Shown: positions 8,832 through 18,230 of the stretch, piece by piece
Layout of the letters: the number at the start of each line of letters is the position of its first letter
Numbering within the stretch: the first letter of the stretch is position 1
Assembly: GCA_003567205.1 (NCBI GenBank)
Contig: PXAA01000046.1
Location: 1,403 to 65,402, forward strand
Reading direction: 5' to 3'
Source: Bacteroidales bacterium
GTDB taxonomy: Bacteria; Bacteroidota; Bacteroidia; Bacteroidales; UBA7960
Length of the DNA: 64,000 nucleotides
Program-made: the position numbers and the translations under genes
The notes under the pieces: model-generated
What the model saw: only the letters and a program-made list of their open reading frames with translations
What the model was told of the DNA's origin: nothing
Databases searched by the model: none

Positions 8832-9371
8832 ATGAACAAACAACGCATCATATGGTTGCTTCAAATGGTTATTTTTTCCCTGGCGGTGCTTTTTACGGCC
8901 TGCCGGCAGGAATCAGAGCAACCAATACTGCCGGATCCGGAGGAATTGGAGGAAGCCTTCGCCTTAAGCAATATTTATATGCTGGAGCTTGAAGAAGAAG
9001 CCATTGACGATTTTTTGCAACGATATGCCTGGGATATGCAGGCCAGCGGCTCCGGATTGCGTTATATGGTCCTTAATGAGGGGCACGGCCAGAAGGCCTC
9101 CTATGGCCAGCGGGTCACCCTCGATTATACCGCTTACCTGATCACTGGCGATCCGGTGTATTCGTCAGCAAGTGATGGCCCCCTGAGCTTTACCGTTGGC
9201 CGGGGTGGCGTCGAAAGGGGGCTTGAAGAGGGCATTCTGATGCTGGCACAGGGTGGCAGGGCCCGTTTCATTCTGCCCCACCACCTGGCCCATGGGGTAC
9301 CCGGTGACGGGCAAAAAATTCCCCGGAGGGCCACCATTATATACGAAGTAGAAGTATTGGAAATTCAATAA
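8832..9371 (+). CDS. FKBP-type peptidyl-prolyl isomerase lipoprotein
   Basis: Signal peptide with lipobox LFTAC. C-terminal FKBP domain (VTLDYTAYL...FTVGRGGVERGLEEGILMLAQGGRARFILP...IYEVEVLEI). Confidence 0.88.
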   Translation: MNKQRIIWLLQMVIFSLAVLFTACRQESEQPILPDPEELEEAFALSNIYMLELEEEAIDDFLQRYAWDMQASGSGLRYMVLNEGHGQKASYGQRVTLDYTAYLITGDPVYSSASDGPLSFTVGRGGVERGLEEGILMLAQGGRARFILPHHLAHGVPGDGQKIPRRATIIYEVEVLEIQ

Positions 9372-9396
9372 ATTGTTTATAAAAACTTATATTTGT

Positions 9397-10281
9397 ATGA
9401 AAACATTACATTATTTGATCATTGGCCTGATGGCCGTTTTGTCCGCATGTGGCCCTGCAGAAAAGATAGATTATCAAGAGACCGAAAGTGGACTTAGATA
9501 CGCATTATTGGTAGAAACCGGTATGGAGAAACCCGAAACGGGCGATATCCTGAGCCTGGACATGGTGTACAGTGTCCGCGACAGTATACTGTTTGACAGC
9601 CGCGACATGGGCATGCCCATGTTCCTGCAGATGATGGAACAGGAATATCCAGGCGATATTTATGAAGGCCTTGCCATGATGGCAGCGGGCGATAGTGCCA
9701 GTTTTGTCATTGATGCAGAGATTTTCTTTTTCTATACAGTTGGCATGATGGAGTTGCCTCCCTTTGTACAGGAAGGCGATGATGTGGTTTTCCATGTCGC
9801 TTTGAGAAAGATCATGGATGAAGAAGGTTTTGCCCAGGAACAGGAGCGGTTGATGGAGCAACAGATGCAGGAAGACATACTGAGGTCAGAACAGGAGGAA
9901 GGCCTGATGCTGGATTATCTGGCGGAAGAAGATATTACTGTTCAGCCCACACAGAGCGGCTTGTATTATGTGGAACGCGAACAGGGTGAGGGAGTCCAGG
10001 TGCAGTCGGGCGATATGGTGGCTGTTCATTACGAAGGGCGCCTGCTCGATGGTACCGTATTTGATTCTTCCTACGAAAGGGGGGAGCCCATAGAATTTTT
10101 GGTGGGCCGCGGACAAGTGATCCCCGGTTGGGACGAAGGCATCGGACTGATGCGGGTGGGCGGAAAGGCCACCCTGGTAATCCCTTCATTTTTGGCCTAT
10201 GGCGACCGGGGTGCCGGGCAAATGATCCCCCCCTTCAGTACCCTGGTATTTGATGTGGAATTGGTAGATGTTATAGAATAA
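9397..10281 (+). CDS. FKBP-type peptidyl-prolyl isomerase lipoprotein (two FKBP-like domains)
   Basis: ATG at 9397 gives MKTLHYLIIGLMAVLSAC (lipobox). C-terminal canonical FKBP domain VAVHYEGRLLDGTVFDSSYERGEPIEFLVGRGQVIPGWDEG...LVFDVELVDV. The N-terminal domain is degenerate. Confidence 0.88.
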   Translation: MKTLHYLIIGLMAVLSACGPAEKIDYQETESGLRYALLVETGMEKPETGDILSLDMVYSVRDSILFDSRDMGMPMFLQMMEQEYPGDIYEGLAMMAAGDSASFVIDAEIFFFYTVGMMELPPFVQEGDDVVFHVALRKIMDEEGFAQEQERLMEQQMQEDILRSEQEEGLMLDYLAEEDITVQPTQSGLYYVEREQGEGVQVQSGDMVAVHYEGRLLDGTVFDSSYERGEPIEFLVGRGQVIPGWDEGIGLMRVGGKATLVIPSFLAYGDRGAGQMIPPFSTLVFDVELVDVIE

Positions 10282-10299
10282 AACCAACAAGTGTAAGAC

Positions 10300-11523
10300 A
10301 TGGAGCCAATGCATAGCTTTCAAACCGTATATGGCCGGCAAGGATTCAGGTATCTTTGGATTCTGGTTGCTGTGGTACTATTGACCGGGTTTACCGGATG
10401 CCGCCTGTTGCGCATGCCCGAAGCCGAACCTGAGCAGCAGATCACAGATACCGGCCTGGCTTATACCATCATTCGTGAGGGCGATGGCCCCGCACCCCAG
10501 GAAGGTGATATGGTGAGTGTGCATTACACCGGGCGGCTTTCCGATGGCCGTGTATTTGACTCTTCGCGCGAACGCGGAGAGCCGGTACAGTTCCGTATGG
10601 GCAGCGAACAGTTGCTTCCGGGATGGGAAGAGGGCATCAGTTTACTTAGAGAAGGTGCCAGGGCCACTTTCGTCATCCCTCCCCAACTGGCTTATGGCGA
10701 TATGGGTTTTGGCCCTGTACCGGAGAACGAAACCCTGACCTTTGAGGTCGAATTGTTGAGCATATATACCCCGGTCAGGTTGCCTGAAACGGAAATTGTA
10801 CCCCATAAGGAAACTCATTCAGGCGTTCAATACAGCATCCTGGAGGCGGGCGATGGCCCGCGGCTGGAAGAAGACATGCTGGTAAGCGTCAATTATACCG
10901 GATACCTCGATGATGCAGGGCAAACGGTTTTCGACAGCTCTTACGAACGGGACGAAGCCCTGACATTTGTTCTGGGTCACCGGATGGTTATTCCGGCCTG
11001 GGAGGAGGCTTTGCCCTTACTTCGGGTGGGTGACAAAGTCCGGCTGTGGGTACCCAATGAACTGGCCTACGGGGCGAAGGGCAGGGAACCCATACCTCCC
11101 AACACAGACCTGGTGTTTGATATCAGCATACTGGATGCGGAAATTCCGGACACCCCGGTTCCCTTTCACACCGAGGGGAAAGATACCCTGGAAACGGATT
11201 CGGGCCTTCGCTACATCATCGTAGGGGAAGGAGAAGGCCCCCCCCCATTGATCGGTAATGTGTTACATGTTCATTACAGCGGATACCTGTCGGATGGTAC
11301 CCTGTTTGACTCCTCTGTTCAGCGTGGTGAGCCCGTTCGTTTTGTGCTGGGCACAGGGCAGGTTTTACGCGGCTGGGACGAAGCCTTTACATTGTTTCCA
11401 AAGGGTACGCGTGCCCGTTTGATCCTTTCACCGCGCCTGGCCTATGGCGACAGGGCCATCGGGCCCATTCCGCCCGGTGAAACCCTGATCTTTGACGTGG
11501 TATTAATCGATATTGGCCGGTAA
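10300..11523 (+). CDS. Triple-domain FKBP-type peptidyl-prolyl isomerase lipoprotein
   Basis: Lipobox LTGFTGC. Three consecutive FKBP units, each with VHYTG-L-DG-VFDSS-ERGEP...GW-E...LAYG...L-F-V-L. Confidence 0.88.
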   Translation: MEPMHSFQTVYGRQGFRYLWILVAVVLLTGFTGCRLLRMPEAEPEQQITDTGLAYTIIREGDGPAPQEGDMVSVHYTGRLSDGRVFDSSRERGEPVQFRMGSEQLLPGWEEGISLLREGARATFVIPPQLAYGDMGFGPVPENETLTFEVELLSIYTPVRLPETEIVPHKETHSGVQYSILEAGDGPRLEEDMLVSVNYTGYLDDAGQTVFDSSYERDEALTFVLGHRMVIPAWEEALPLLRVGDKVRLWVPNELAYGAKGREPIPPNTDLVFDISILDAEIPDTPVPFHTEGKDTLETDSGLRYIIVGEGEGPPPLIGNVLHVHYSGYLSDGTLFDSSVQRGEPVRFVLGTGQVLRGWDEAFTLFPKGTRARLILSPRLAYGDRAIGPIPPGETLIFDVVLIDIGR

Positions 11524-11590
11524 AATAACGGCGGCTCACCATGTGCTGTCAGACAAAAAGATCAATCATTAAAAAATAAATACATTTCCA

Positions 11591-12406
11591 ATGGGTATAC
11601 TGCAGATTACCTGGGATGCAAGTCCTGAAATATTCCGCATCGGGAGCCTGGCCGTCAGATGGTACGGACTCTTCTGGGCATTGTCGTTTTATCTTGGATA
11701 TGAGATCATACTGCGCATTTTCAAAAAAGAAGGGATCCCCCTCAAACAGGTTGACAGCTTGCTGATCTATATGGCTGTGGGTACCATATTAGGGGCCCGC
11801 CTGGGGCACTGCTTCTTTTATGATTTTGATTATTATTCCAAAAATCTCATTGAAGTATTATACATCTGGCAGGGTGGCCTGGCAAGTCATGGCGGAGCCA
11901 TTGGCATTTTGATTTCCCTGTATTATTACCAGAAAAAGATCAGCAACCAAAGCTTTGTCTGGCTGCTCGACCGGCTGGTGATCCCGGTGGCATTGGGGGC
12001 CTTTTTTATCCGGATGGGAAACCTGATGAATTCGGAAATCTATGGCATTGAAACCTCGCTGCCCTGGGGCTTTATTTTTGAAGGGCGCGGAGAAATCGTA
12101 CCCAAGCACCCGACACAGATCTATGAGGGGCTGACCTACCTGATCCTGTTTATTTTGCTGGGATGGATGTATGTGAAAAAACATAAATCCCTGGCCCCTG
12201 GATTTCTTACAGGTTTTTTTGGCCTCTTTATGTTCATCGCGCGTTTTTTGGTGGAGTTCATCAAGGAACCGCAGTCTGCTTTTGAAGAAAACATGGTGCT
12301 GAATATGGGACAGATACTGAGTATTCCCATCATCATTACCGGCATTGTGGTGATGTTTTATGCCTACCGGTATAAACGAAGGCAGGACGCAGCAAAAAAC
12401 ACCTGA
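11591..12406 (+). CDS. lgt: Prolipoprotein diacylglyceryl transferase
   Basis: 271-aa membrane protein with VRWYGLFWALSF, GGLASHGGAIG, and PWGF...HPTQIYE typical of Lgt. Confidence 0.92.
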   Translation: MGILQITWDASPEIFRIGSLAVRWYGLFWALSFYLGYEIILRIFKKEGIPLKQVDSLLIYMAVGTILGARLGHCFFYDFDYYSKNLIEVLYIWQGGLASHGGAIGILISLYYYQKKISNQSFVWLLDRLVIPVALGAFFIRMGNLMNSEIYGIETSLPWGFIFEGRGEIVPKHPTQIYEGLTYLILFILLGWMYVKKHKSLAPGFLTGFFGLFMFIARFLVEFIKEPQSAFEENMVLNMGQILSIPIIITGIVVMFYAYRYKRRQDAAKNT

Positions 12407-12509
12407 AACAAGAGCGCATAAAGCCCCCTGGAAGCTCATAATGGCTCCCATGGCCCATAACCTCTTCAAGCCCATTAAGGCCCCACAGGCCTTATAAAGC
12501 CCTTTGAAA

Positions 12510-13277
12510 CTATATCTGGTTTAAGAGCAGGAAAATGGCCGGGCGTTTGTGAAGCTCAGGCAGGCCTTGTTTGCGCCACTGGGCCACGGTTCGTGTTTTG
12601 ATGTATTCTGTTTCCATGGCCAGGTCGGCTGCAATGCAAAGGTGTGTATCCGGCCTGCATTGTTTTATTAAATCACCTGCCAGAGCGTTGTTCCTGAAGG
12701 GTGTTTCCATAAAGACCTGGGTGGCGCCGCTGTGCCGGCTTTCTTCTTCGATTTTCCCTATTTTTTTGTACCTGCCATGTTTTTGGATGGGCAGATAGCC
12801 GTGAAAACAAAATTGTTGTCCGTTCAGGCCTGAGGCCATCAGGGCCAACAGAATGGAACTGGGCCCGGTCAATGGCTTTACCTGGATGCCCAGTTCATGG
12901 GCACGGGCCACGATATGTTGGCCGGGATCGGCAATGCACGGACAACCGGCTTCCGACAAGAGCCCTATGGAGCGACCGTCAAGCGCTAACTGCAGACATC
13001 CTGTGTATTCATTTTCAGGGCGATGCTTGTCGAGCAGGTGAAAACATACCCGGTCAAAATCTATCCGGTAGCCGGCGCGCTTTAAAAAGCGCCGGGCAGT
13101 GCGTATGTTCTCTACGATAAAGGTGTCCAGCCGGTTGACCAGGTTATGGTGCCCTTCAGGCCATACCGTATGCAGTTCTTTTTCTCCAAGTGATGAAGGG
13201 ATCAGGTAAAGGGTTCCGGTCCCTGACTTGGTCCCGGATTCGTTTGTGCTTAAGTTGTTGGATTGGCGCTTATCCAT
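12510..13277 (-). CDS. SAM-dependent methyltransferase, tetrapyrrole-methylase (RsmI-like) fold
   Basis: LYLIPSSLGE..., LLSEAGCPCIADPG, GPSSILLALMASGL are motifs of the TP_methylase superfamily. Confidence 0.7.
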   Translation of the reverse strand: MDKRQSNNLSTNESGTKSGTGTLYLIPSSLGEKELHTVWPEGHHNLVNRLDTFIVENIRTARRFLKRAGYRIDFDRVCFHLLDKHRPENEYTGCLQLALDGRSIGLLSEAGCPCIADPGQHIVARAHELGIQVKPLTGPSSILLALMASGLNGQQFCFHGYLPIQKHGRYKKIGKIEEESRHSGATQVFMETPFRNNALAGDLIKQCRPDTHLCIAADLAMETEYIKTRTVAQWRKQGLPELHKRPAIFLLLNQI

Positions 13278-13288
13278 GACATTACATT

Positions 13289-14353
13289 TTAGTGCACACC
13301 GGGATGTTGTTCCAGCCAGGGCAGGCGAAACAGATCTGCATTGCCGCCTGAGAGAATGACCCCTGTACGCTTCCCGGCAAAAACCTCCTGATGTTCGAGT
13401 ATTGCGGCAAGTGGCACCGCAGCACTGGGCTCCACCACCACCTTCATGTGTTCCCAGATCAGCAGCATAGCCCCGGTAATGCCTTCTTCGGTGGTGGTCA
13501 GTATATCGGTGGCCCCGTCCCTGATGATCGGGAAGGTAAGGCTGCCCAGAGAGGTGCGCAGGCCGTCGGCGATAGTTTGTGGCTTGTCGGCGGGGATCAG
13601 CCGTTTCTGGCGGAAAGACTGCCAGGCATCATTGGCTTTTTCCGGTTCGGCGCCGTAAACCCTGGTACGGGGCGAAAAATGTCGTACACCCAGTATGCTG
13701 CCGCTGAGCAGCCCCCCGCCACCTACAGGGGCCACGATGCAGTCAAGCCCTTTGATCTCTTCAACGAGCTCTGCCGAAGCCGTGGCCTGTCCTGCAATGA
13801 TCCGGTAATCATTGTATGGATGGATCTCCACGGCCCCGCATTCATTGATAACCTTTTGAAGAGTGGCTTCGCGATCGGCCAGTGTCGGATTGCAGAAACG
13901 GATGATGCCACCGTATGACTCCACGGCATCTATCTTGTTTTTGGGTGCATTTTCCGGCATCACGATGCGGGCTTCAATACCCCGCATCCTGGCAGCCAAT
14001 GCCAGGGCCTGTGCATGGTTTCCGGAAGAGTGGGTGGCAACGCCCCGACTGGCAATGGTTTCGGGCAGCGTCATGACGGCATGACTTGCCCCGCGAAATT
14101 TAAAAGCACCCCCTTTCTGAAAATTCTCACATTTAAAAAACAAATGACTTCCACTGAGTGTGTCAAGCGTAATGCAGGTGAGTACAGGGGTGTGGTGGGC
14201 GTATGGTTGGATAATGCGCCTGACCTCCAGGATCTTTTCTTTACCAGGTATCTTTTGGTTAGATATTGTCACGCTTGTTCTGTTCAATGGTGATCTTGTG
14301 CGTTTTGCCGGGCTGATCCAGATAATTGCCTCAGTTTTTTGGTTTTTGCGCAA
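13289..14353 (-). CDS. PLP-dependent serine/threonine dehydratase family protein
   Basis: TPVL...FFKCENFQKGGAFKFRGA (PLP-Lys motif), SSGNHAQALA, APVGGGGLLSG. The tracked start overlaps the upstream gene by 23 nt, and the true start is uncertain. Confidence 0.82.
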   Translation of the reverse strand: MRKNQKTEAIIWISPAKRTRSPLNRTSVTISNQKIPGKEKILEVRRIIQPYAHHTPVLTCITLDTLSGSHLFFKCENFQKGGAFKFRGASHAVMTLPETIASRGVATHSSGNHAQALALAARMRGIEARIVMPENAPKNKIDAVESYGGIIRFCNPTLADREATLQKVINECGAVEIHPYNDYRIIAGQATASAELVEEIKGLDCIVAPVGGGGLLSGSILGVRHFSPRTRVYGAEPEKANDAWQSFRQKRLIPADKPQTIADGLRTSLGSLTFPIIRDGATDILTTTEEGITGAMLLIWEHMKVVVEPSAAVPLAAILEHQEVFAGKRTGVILSGGNADLFRLPWLEQHPGVH

Positions 14354-14804
14354 GCATCTCTTTTACGATTATCTCACAGCTGTCTTCCAACATTTTGAAA
14401 ACATGCTCAAAACCGTCGTGTCCGTCATAATAAGGATCGGGTACCGTTCGGTTCTCGCCCGGATGTATGATATTCAGGATGAGGTCAACCTTCTGTTCTT
14501 CTTCGGGTGTACTGGCAAGGGCTATGACGTCTTCATAATTATGTATGTCCATCACATAAATCCTGTCAAAGGCAGCAAAGTCTTCTTTCGTGAAACGGCG
14601 GGAGCGTTGCTGTGAGATGTCGATGCCGTGTTTGCGCCCCACTTGCTGTGAGCGCCGGTCGGGGCGTTCGCCTTCATGATAGGCGGAGGTGCCGGCCGAA
14701 TCCACTTTGACCTTCAATCCGTGTTCCTTTGCTTTTTCCCTGAATATGCCTTCTGCCAGGGGTGAACGGCAAATATTGCCCAGGCAAACCATTAAAACCT
14801 TCAT
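14331..14804 (-). CDS. Low-molecular-weight protein-tyrosine phosphatase
   Basis: MKVLMVCLGNICRSPLAEG (CX5R P-loop) and DPYY-type C-terminal Asp loop. Confidence 0.92.
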   Translation of the reverse strand: MKVLMVCLGNICRSPLAEGIFREKAKEHGLKVKVDSAGTSAYHEGERPDRRSQQVGRKHGIDISQQRSRRFTKEDFAAFDRIYVMDIHNYEDVIALASTPEEEQKVDLILNIIHPGENRTVPDPYYDGHDGFEHVFKMLEDSCEIIVKEMLAQKPKN

Positions 14805-14834
14805 ACCAAATCAAAATTAAATGCTGTCGTCTTC

Positions 14835-16289
14835 TTAGCTGATCTTGATGATGTTTTCCAGCTCATCCACATACTTTTTGAAGTTTTTGTCGGTATCCAG
14901 CAGGTTCCTGACCGTTTTGCATGCATGCAAAACCGTGGCGTGGTCTTTATTGCCGCACTTGTTCCCGATCACCGCGAGCGAGGATTTTGTGTAAAGTTTG
15001 CTAAAATACATAGCCAGCTGCCGTACCTGAACCGTTTCACGTTTGCGGCTCTTCGACTTGAGCTTTTCCAGGGGGATGTCGAAGTATTTGCATACGGTTT
15101 GCTGGATATAGTCGATGGTGATCTCTTTGGGTGTGTTTTTGACAAATTTTTCGATCACGTTGGCTGCCAGATCCGGGGTGATCTCTTTTTTATTCATGGA
15201 CGACTGGGCCAGGATGGAAATCAGCGCCCCTTCCATTTCCCGGATGTTGGTGTCAATTTTGCAACTGATCAGTTCCAGTACCTCCTGTGGCATTTCAACC
15301 CCGTCGTTGTGTATCTTTTTTTGCAGGATGGCCATTTTTGTTTCAAAGTCAGGCACCTGCAAATCGGCCGACAACCCCCACTTGAAGCGCGACAGCAGCC
15401 TGGGTTCGATCCCACTCATCTCCACGGGCGGCATATCGCTCGTGATTACAATCTGTTTCCCGTTCTGGTGCAGCTGGTTGAAGATGTGAAAGAACACGTC
15501 CTGGGTCTTGGGTCTGCCGGCCAGGCAGTGTATGTCATCCACAATCAATACATCTATCATCTGGTAGAAATGGACAAAATCGTTCTGGTTGTTGTTTCGG
15601 ATGCTGTCGATAAACTGATTGGTAAACTGCTCCGCTGTGACATAAAGTACGGTTTTTTCAGGGTAGTGGTTTTTAACCTCGATGCCAATGGCATGCACCA
15701 GGTGTGTTTTGCCCAGGCCATTGCCGCTGTAAATCAGCAACGGGTTGAAAGAGGTTTTGCCCGGGTTCTGGCCCACGGCAAGCCCTGCACTGCGCGCCAG
15801 GCGGTTACAATCGCCCTGGATAAAGTTCTCGAAATTGTAGGAGTCGATCAGCTGGGGATGGATGTTCAGCTTCTTTAAACCGGGGATCACAAACGGATTG
15901 GGCATCCCCTTTCCATGGCCCATATCTTTGTTCAGGTCAATGGGGATGGTGATGGGCGGATTCTTTAAGGCTTTTTTGTTCAGTGTCGGGGCGTGAACGG
16001 TAAACGGCCCGGGCTGGTTTGCATGGTGCGTACTGTCCATGACAATGCTGTACTCCAGGCGCCCGTCTGAGCCCAGTTCTTTCTTGATGGTTTTTTTTAG
16101 CAGATCAATATAATGCTCTTCGAGCCACTCGTAAAAGAACTGGCTGGGAACCTGTAAAGTAAGAACATTGTTTTTTAAACGAACGGGTTTAATTGGGTCA
16201 AACCAGGTATTGTAGGCATTGGGACTGATATTGTCCTTAATGACCCTCAAACAACCCGACCAAACCTTTTCGTATCCTTGTTCCATCAA
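14835..16289 (-). CDS. dnaA: Chromosomal replication initiator protein
   Basis: 484 aa with NPLLIYSGNGLGKTHL (Walker A), LIVDDIH (Walker B), and C-terminal DNA-binding helix SSLAVIGNKCGNKDHATVLHACK. Confidence 0.97.
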   Translation of the reverse strand: MMEQGYEKVWSGCLRVIKDNISPNAYNTWFDPIKPVRLKNNVLTLQVPSQFFYEWLEEHYIDLLKKTIKKELGSDGRLEYSIVMDSTHHANQPGPFTVHAPTLNKKALKNPPITIPIDLNKDMGHGKGMPNPFVIPGLKKLNIHPQLIDSYNFENFIQGDCNRLARSAGLAVGQNPGKTSFNPLLIYSGNGLGKTHLVHAIGIEVKNHYPEKTVLYVTAEQFTNQFIDSIRNNNQNDFVHFYQMIDVLIVDDIHCLAGRPKTQDVFFHIFNQLHQNGKQIVITSDMPPVEMSGIEPRLLSRFKWGLSADLQVPDFETKMAILQKKIHNDGVEMPQEVLELISCKIDTNIREMEGALISILAQSSMNKKEITPDLAANVIEKFVKNTPKEITIDYIQQTVCKYFDIPLEKLKSKSRKRETVQVRQLAMYFSKLYTKSSLAVIGNKCGNKDHATVLHACKTVRNLLDTDKNFKKYVDELENIIKIS

Positions 16290-16435
16290 GTGCTATTGGT
16301 TAATTATTTTATAGTGAGAAAACTGCTTGAATTTTGATTATCAATGATTAGGCAAATGGGTGCCCTGACATATTAGTTGTTAACAAATTTTGGTTAAAAA
16401 AAGTGAAAAAAAAAATCTTTTTGCTCTTGTATTTC

Positions 16436-17356
16436 TTAAATTTTTGTTGTATAGGAATCGACAAAACTTTTTTCATTCTGCCTGTCAAAAAACACGCGCA
16501 TGGTACCGATATATGTACCTCCATATCCTGCCTGGCCAATACAGACCTGTTTTCCCGCCTGGTTTTTGACCATTGCCGGGGGGTCGAGCCTGACATGGGT
16601 GTGACCGCCGATGATGACATCGGTATAGCGGGTGTGTCCGGCCACCATGGTATCACTGACCTTGTTGTCATCGTAGTCGAATCCGAGGTGCGACAAACAG
16701 ATGATCAGGTCACAATTTTTTCTCCGCAACAAGTTTTCCATCTCCCTGGCCTTTTCGATGGGGTCCAGGTATTTTGTATCTCCGTATAAATTCCGGCTTA
16801 CCAGTCCGGCCGGATCAATACCCAGCCCGTAAACCCCAATGTTTCTTTCACCCCTGGCCAGCACCATATAATCTTTGACTTTGCCTGCCAGGATGGTTTG
16901 GCTGAAATCGTAATTGGCGGCCAGGAAAGGGAACCCGGCATAGGGGAAGACTTCTTTAAAGCCGTCCAGGCCGTTATCGAATTCATGATTTCCGAATGCC
17001 ACGGCATCATAGTCCATTTTGCTCATGAGTTTCAGTTCGGGCTTTCCTCCATACATGTTAAAATAGGGGGTACCCTGGAAAACATCGCCGGCGTCGAGCA
17101 AAACCAGGTTCGGGTCATTTTTCCTGTGCTGGCTTATAAAGGTTGCTCGCCTGGCATATCCTCCCATCCCCGGGAAACCCGGGTCATTTGACGGATAGGG
17201 ATCGAGGCGGCTGTGGGTGTCGTTGGTGTGCAAGATGGTGAACTGGCTGATCCCGGCATCGCGGAAAGCAATAGCAGAAATGCCTGCCAGGCTTGCTGCC
17301 CCCACAATGCCCAAAGTCTTTAAAAAACTGCGCCTGTCCATATGCCGTATCATCAT
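16436..17356 (-). CDS. Metallophosphoesterase, 5'-nucleotidase N-terminal module, with Tat-type signal
   Basis: MDRRSFLKTLGIVGAASLAG twin-arginine leader, then HTNDTHS, DAGD, GNHEFD and GGHTH calcineurin-like motifs. Confidence 0.85.
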   Translation of the reverse strand: MMIRHMDRRSFLKTLGIVGAASLAGISAIAFRDAGISQFTILHTNDTHSRLDPYPSNDPGFPGMGGYARRATFISQHRKNDPNLVLLDAGDVFQGTPYFNMYGGKPELKLMSKMDYDAVAFGNHEFDNGLDGFKEVFPYAGFPFLAANYDFSQTILAGKVKDYMVLARGERNIGVYGLGIDPAGLVSRNLYGDTKYLDPIEKAREMENLLRRKNCDLIICLSHLGFDYDDNKVSDTMVAGHTRYTDVIIGGHTHVRLDPPAMVKNQAGKQVCIGQAGYGGTYIGTMRVFFDRQNEKSFVDSYTTKI

Positions 17357-18126
17357 TCGGTTTGTATCCGTCCGTCCAGTTTGCTTTCAATGTGCCGGCC
17401 CTGACTGTTTTGCGCCACCAGGTGATCTATAATGGCGTCCCGTATGCGCTTTTCCAGCAATTCCTCATCAACGGGATCCAGGAAAAACACCATATTGTCG
17501 CCGCCCCCGGCCAGGTAATCGGAGGTGAGGACTTTGTAGTTGCGCGATGCATCAAATGGTGCGCCCTGGATCAACACTTCTTGCACCTCATTGTTTACCG
17601 CCCGCAGGCGAATGCCAGAAACAGGCATGCCCCTCTGTGATGTTGCCAGGTATTCAAAGGCCTTAAAGGTATTTTCGGGTGTCAGGGTAATGACCACCAT
17701 TTCATTTTCAAAGGGCATCAGTTCAAAGATCCTGGCACGGGTAACCGGGCCTTCGGGAATGCTTGTACGTAAGCCCCCATAGTTCAGCAAGGTAAAATCG
17801 ATGGGCCTGGCATCATCGGGTGTATAACGACCCTGGCCTGTTTCCATGACCAGGTCGGCCACAAAATTGTTCAGTAAACCCTCGGGGCTGCCCCGCTGCA
17901 TAACGTGCGCCGAATGGGCGAGCACCTGGTTCATTTCTTCATCCAAGGCGGTCCTGTAAATGGCAATCACAGAATCAATGGAAGCGTCTTTTTCCGGTAT
18001 ATTCAGGCTGTCCACTGCCACCAGCCGGCCATTAACTTCAACAGGGGTATGTGACGTACCGCAAGCCCACAAAATAAAGAGTAAAAAAAACACATTACCG
18101 ATTATGGGATTTCGGTACTTGAACAT
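17353..18126 (-). CDS. 5'-nucleotidase C-terminal domain lipoprotein
   Basis: Lipobox ILWACG. NYGGLR, FPFEN-like (LMPFENEMV), and C-terminal substrate-binding domain pattern. 4-nt overlap with the metallophosphoesterase gene indicates a split bifunctional enzyme. Confidence 0.8.
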   Translation of the reverse strand: MFKYRNPIIGNVFFLLFILWACGTSHTPVEVNGRLVAVDSLNIPEKDASIDSVIAIYRTALDEEMNQVLAHSAHVMQRGSPEGLLNNFVADLVMETGQGRYTPDDARPIDFTLLNYGGLRTSIPEGPVTRARIFELMPFENEMVVITLTPENTFKAFEYLATSQRGMPVSGIRLRAVNNEVQEVLIQGAPFDASRNYKVLTSDYLAGGGDNMVFFLDPVDEELLEKRIRDAIIDHLVAQNSQGRHIESKLDGRIQTE

Positions 18127-18230
18127 GGTAATTGTACGTTAGATGGAAACAATGAAAGGCAATATTAAGCTTTATTCGGAAAAAAAACAACCCTTATTGA
18201 AGAATAATGAAAAATAAATTTTTTGGTTGA

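Noticed and set aside
14925-15878. 317-aa ORF antisense to dnaA. Similar long antisense ORFs occur at 8069-8851, 11858-12475, 27719-28627, 30278-31264, 33792-34916, 41723-42892, 52163-53035 and 56529-57116.
   Set aside because: Each is nested in a strongly supported gene on the other strand (dnaA, nrnA, lgt, the HydS-kinase, the REC-kinase, hydG, secA, clpB, dnaE). Each translates to motif-free sequence. These are codon-bias shadow ORFs.
16290-16435. oriC immediately upstream of dnaA
   Set aside because: The region is only 146 bp. I found no 9-mer within 2 mismatches of TTATCCACA and no pronounced AT-rich unwinding element.
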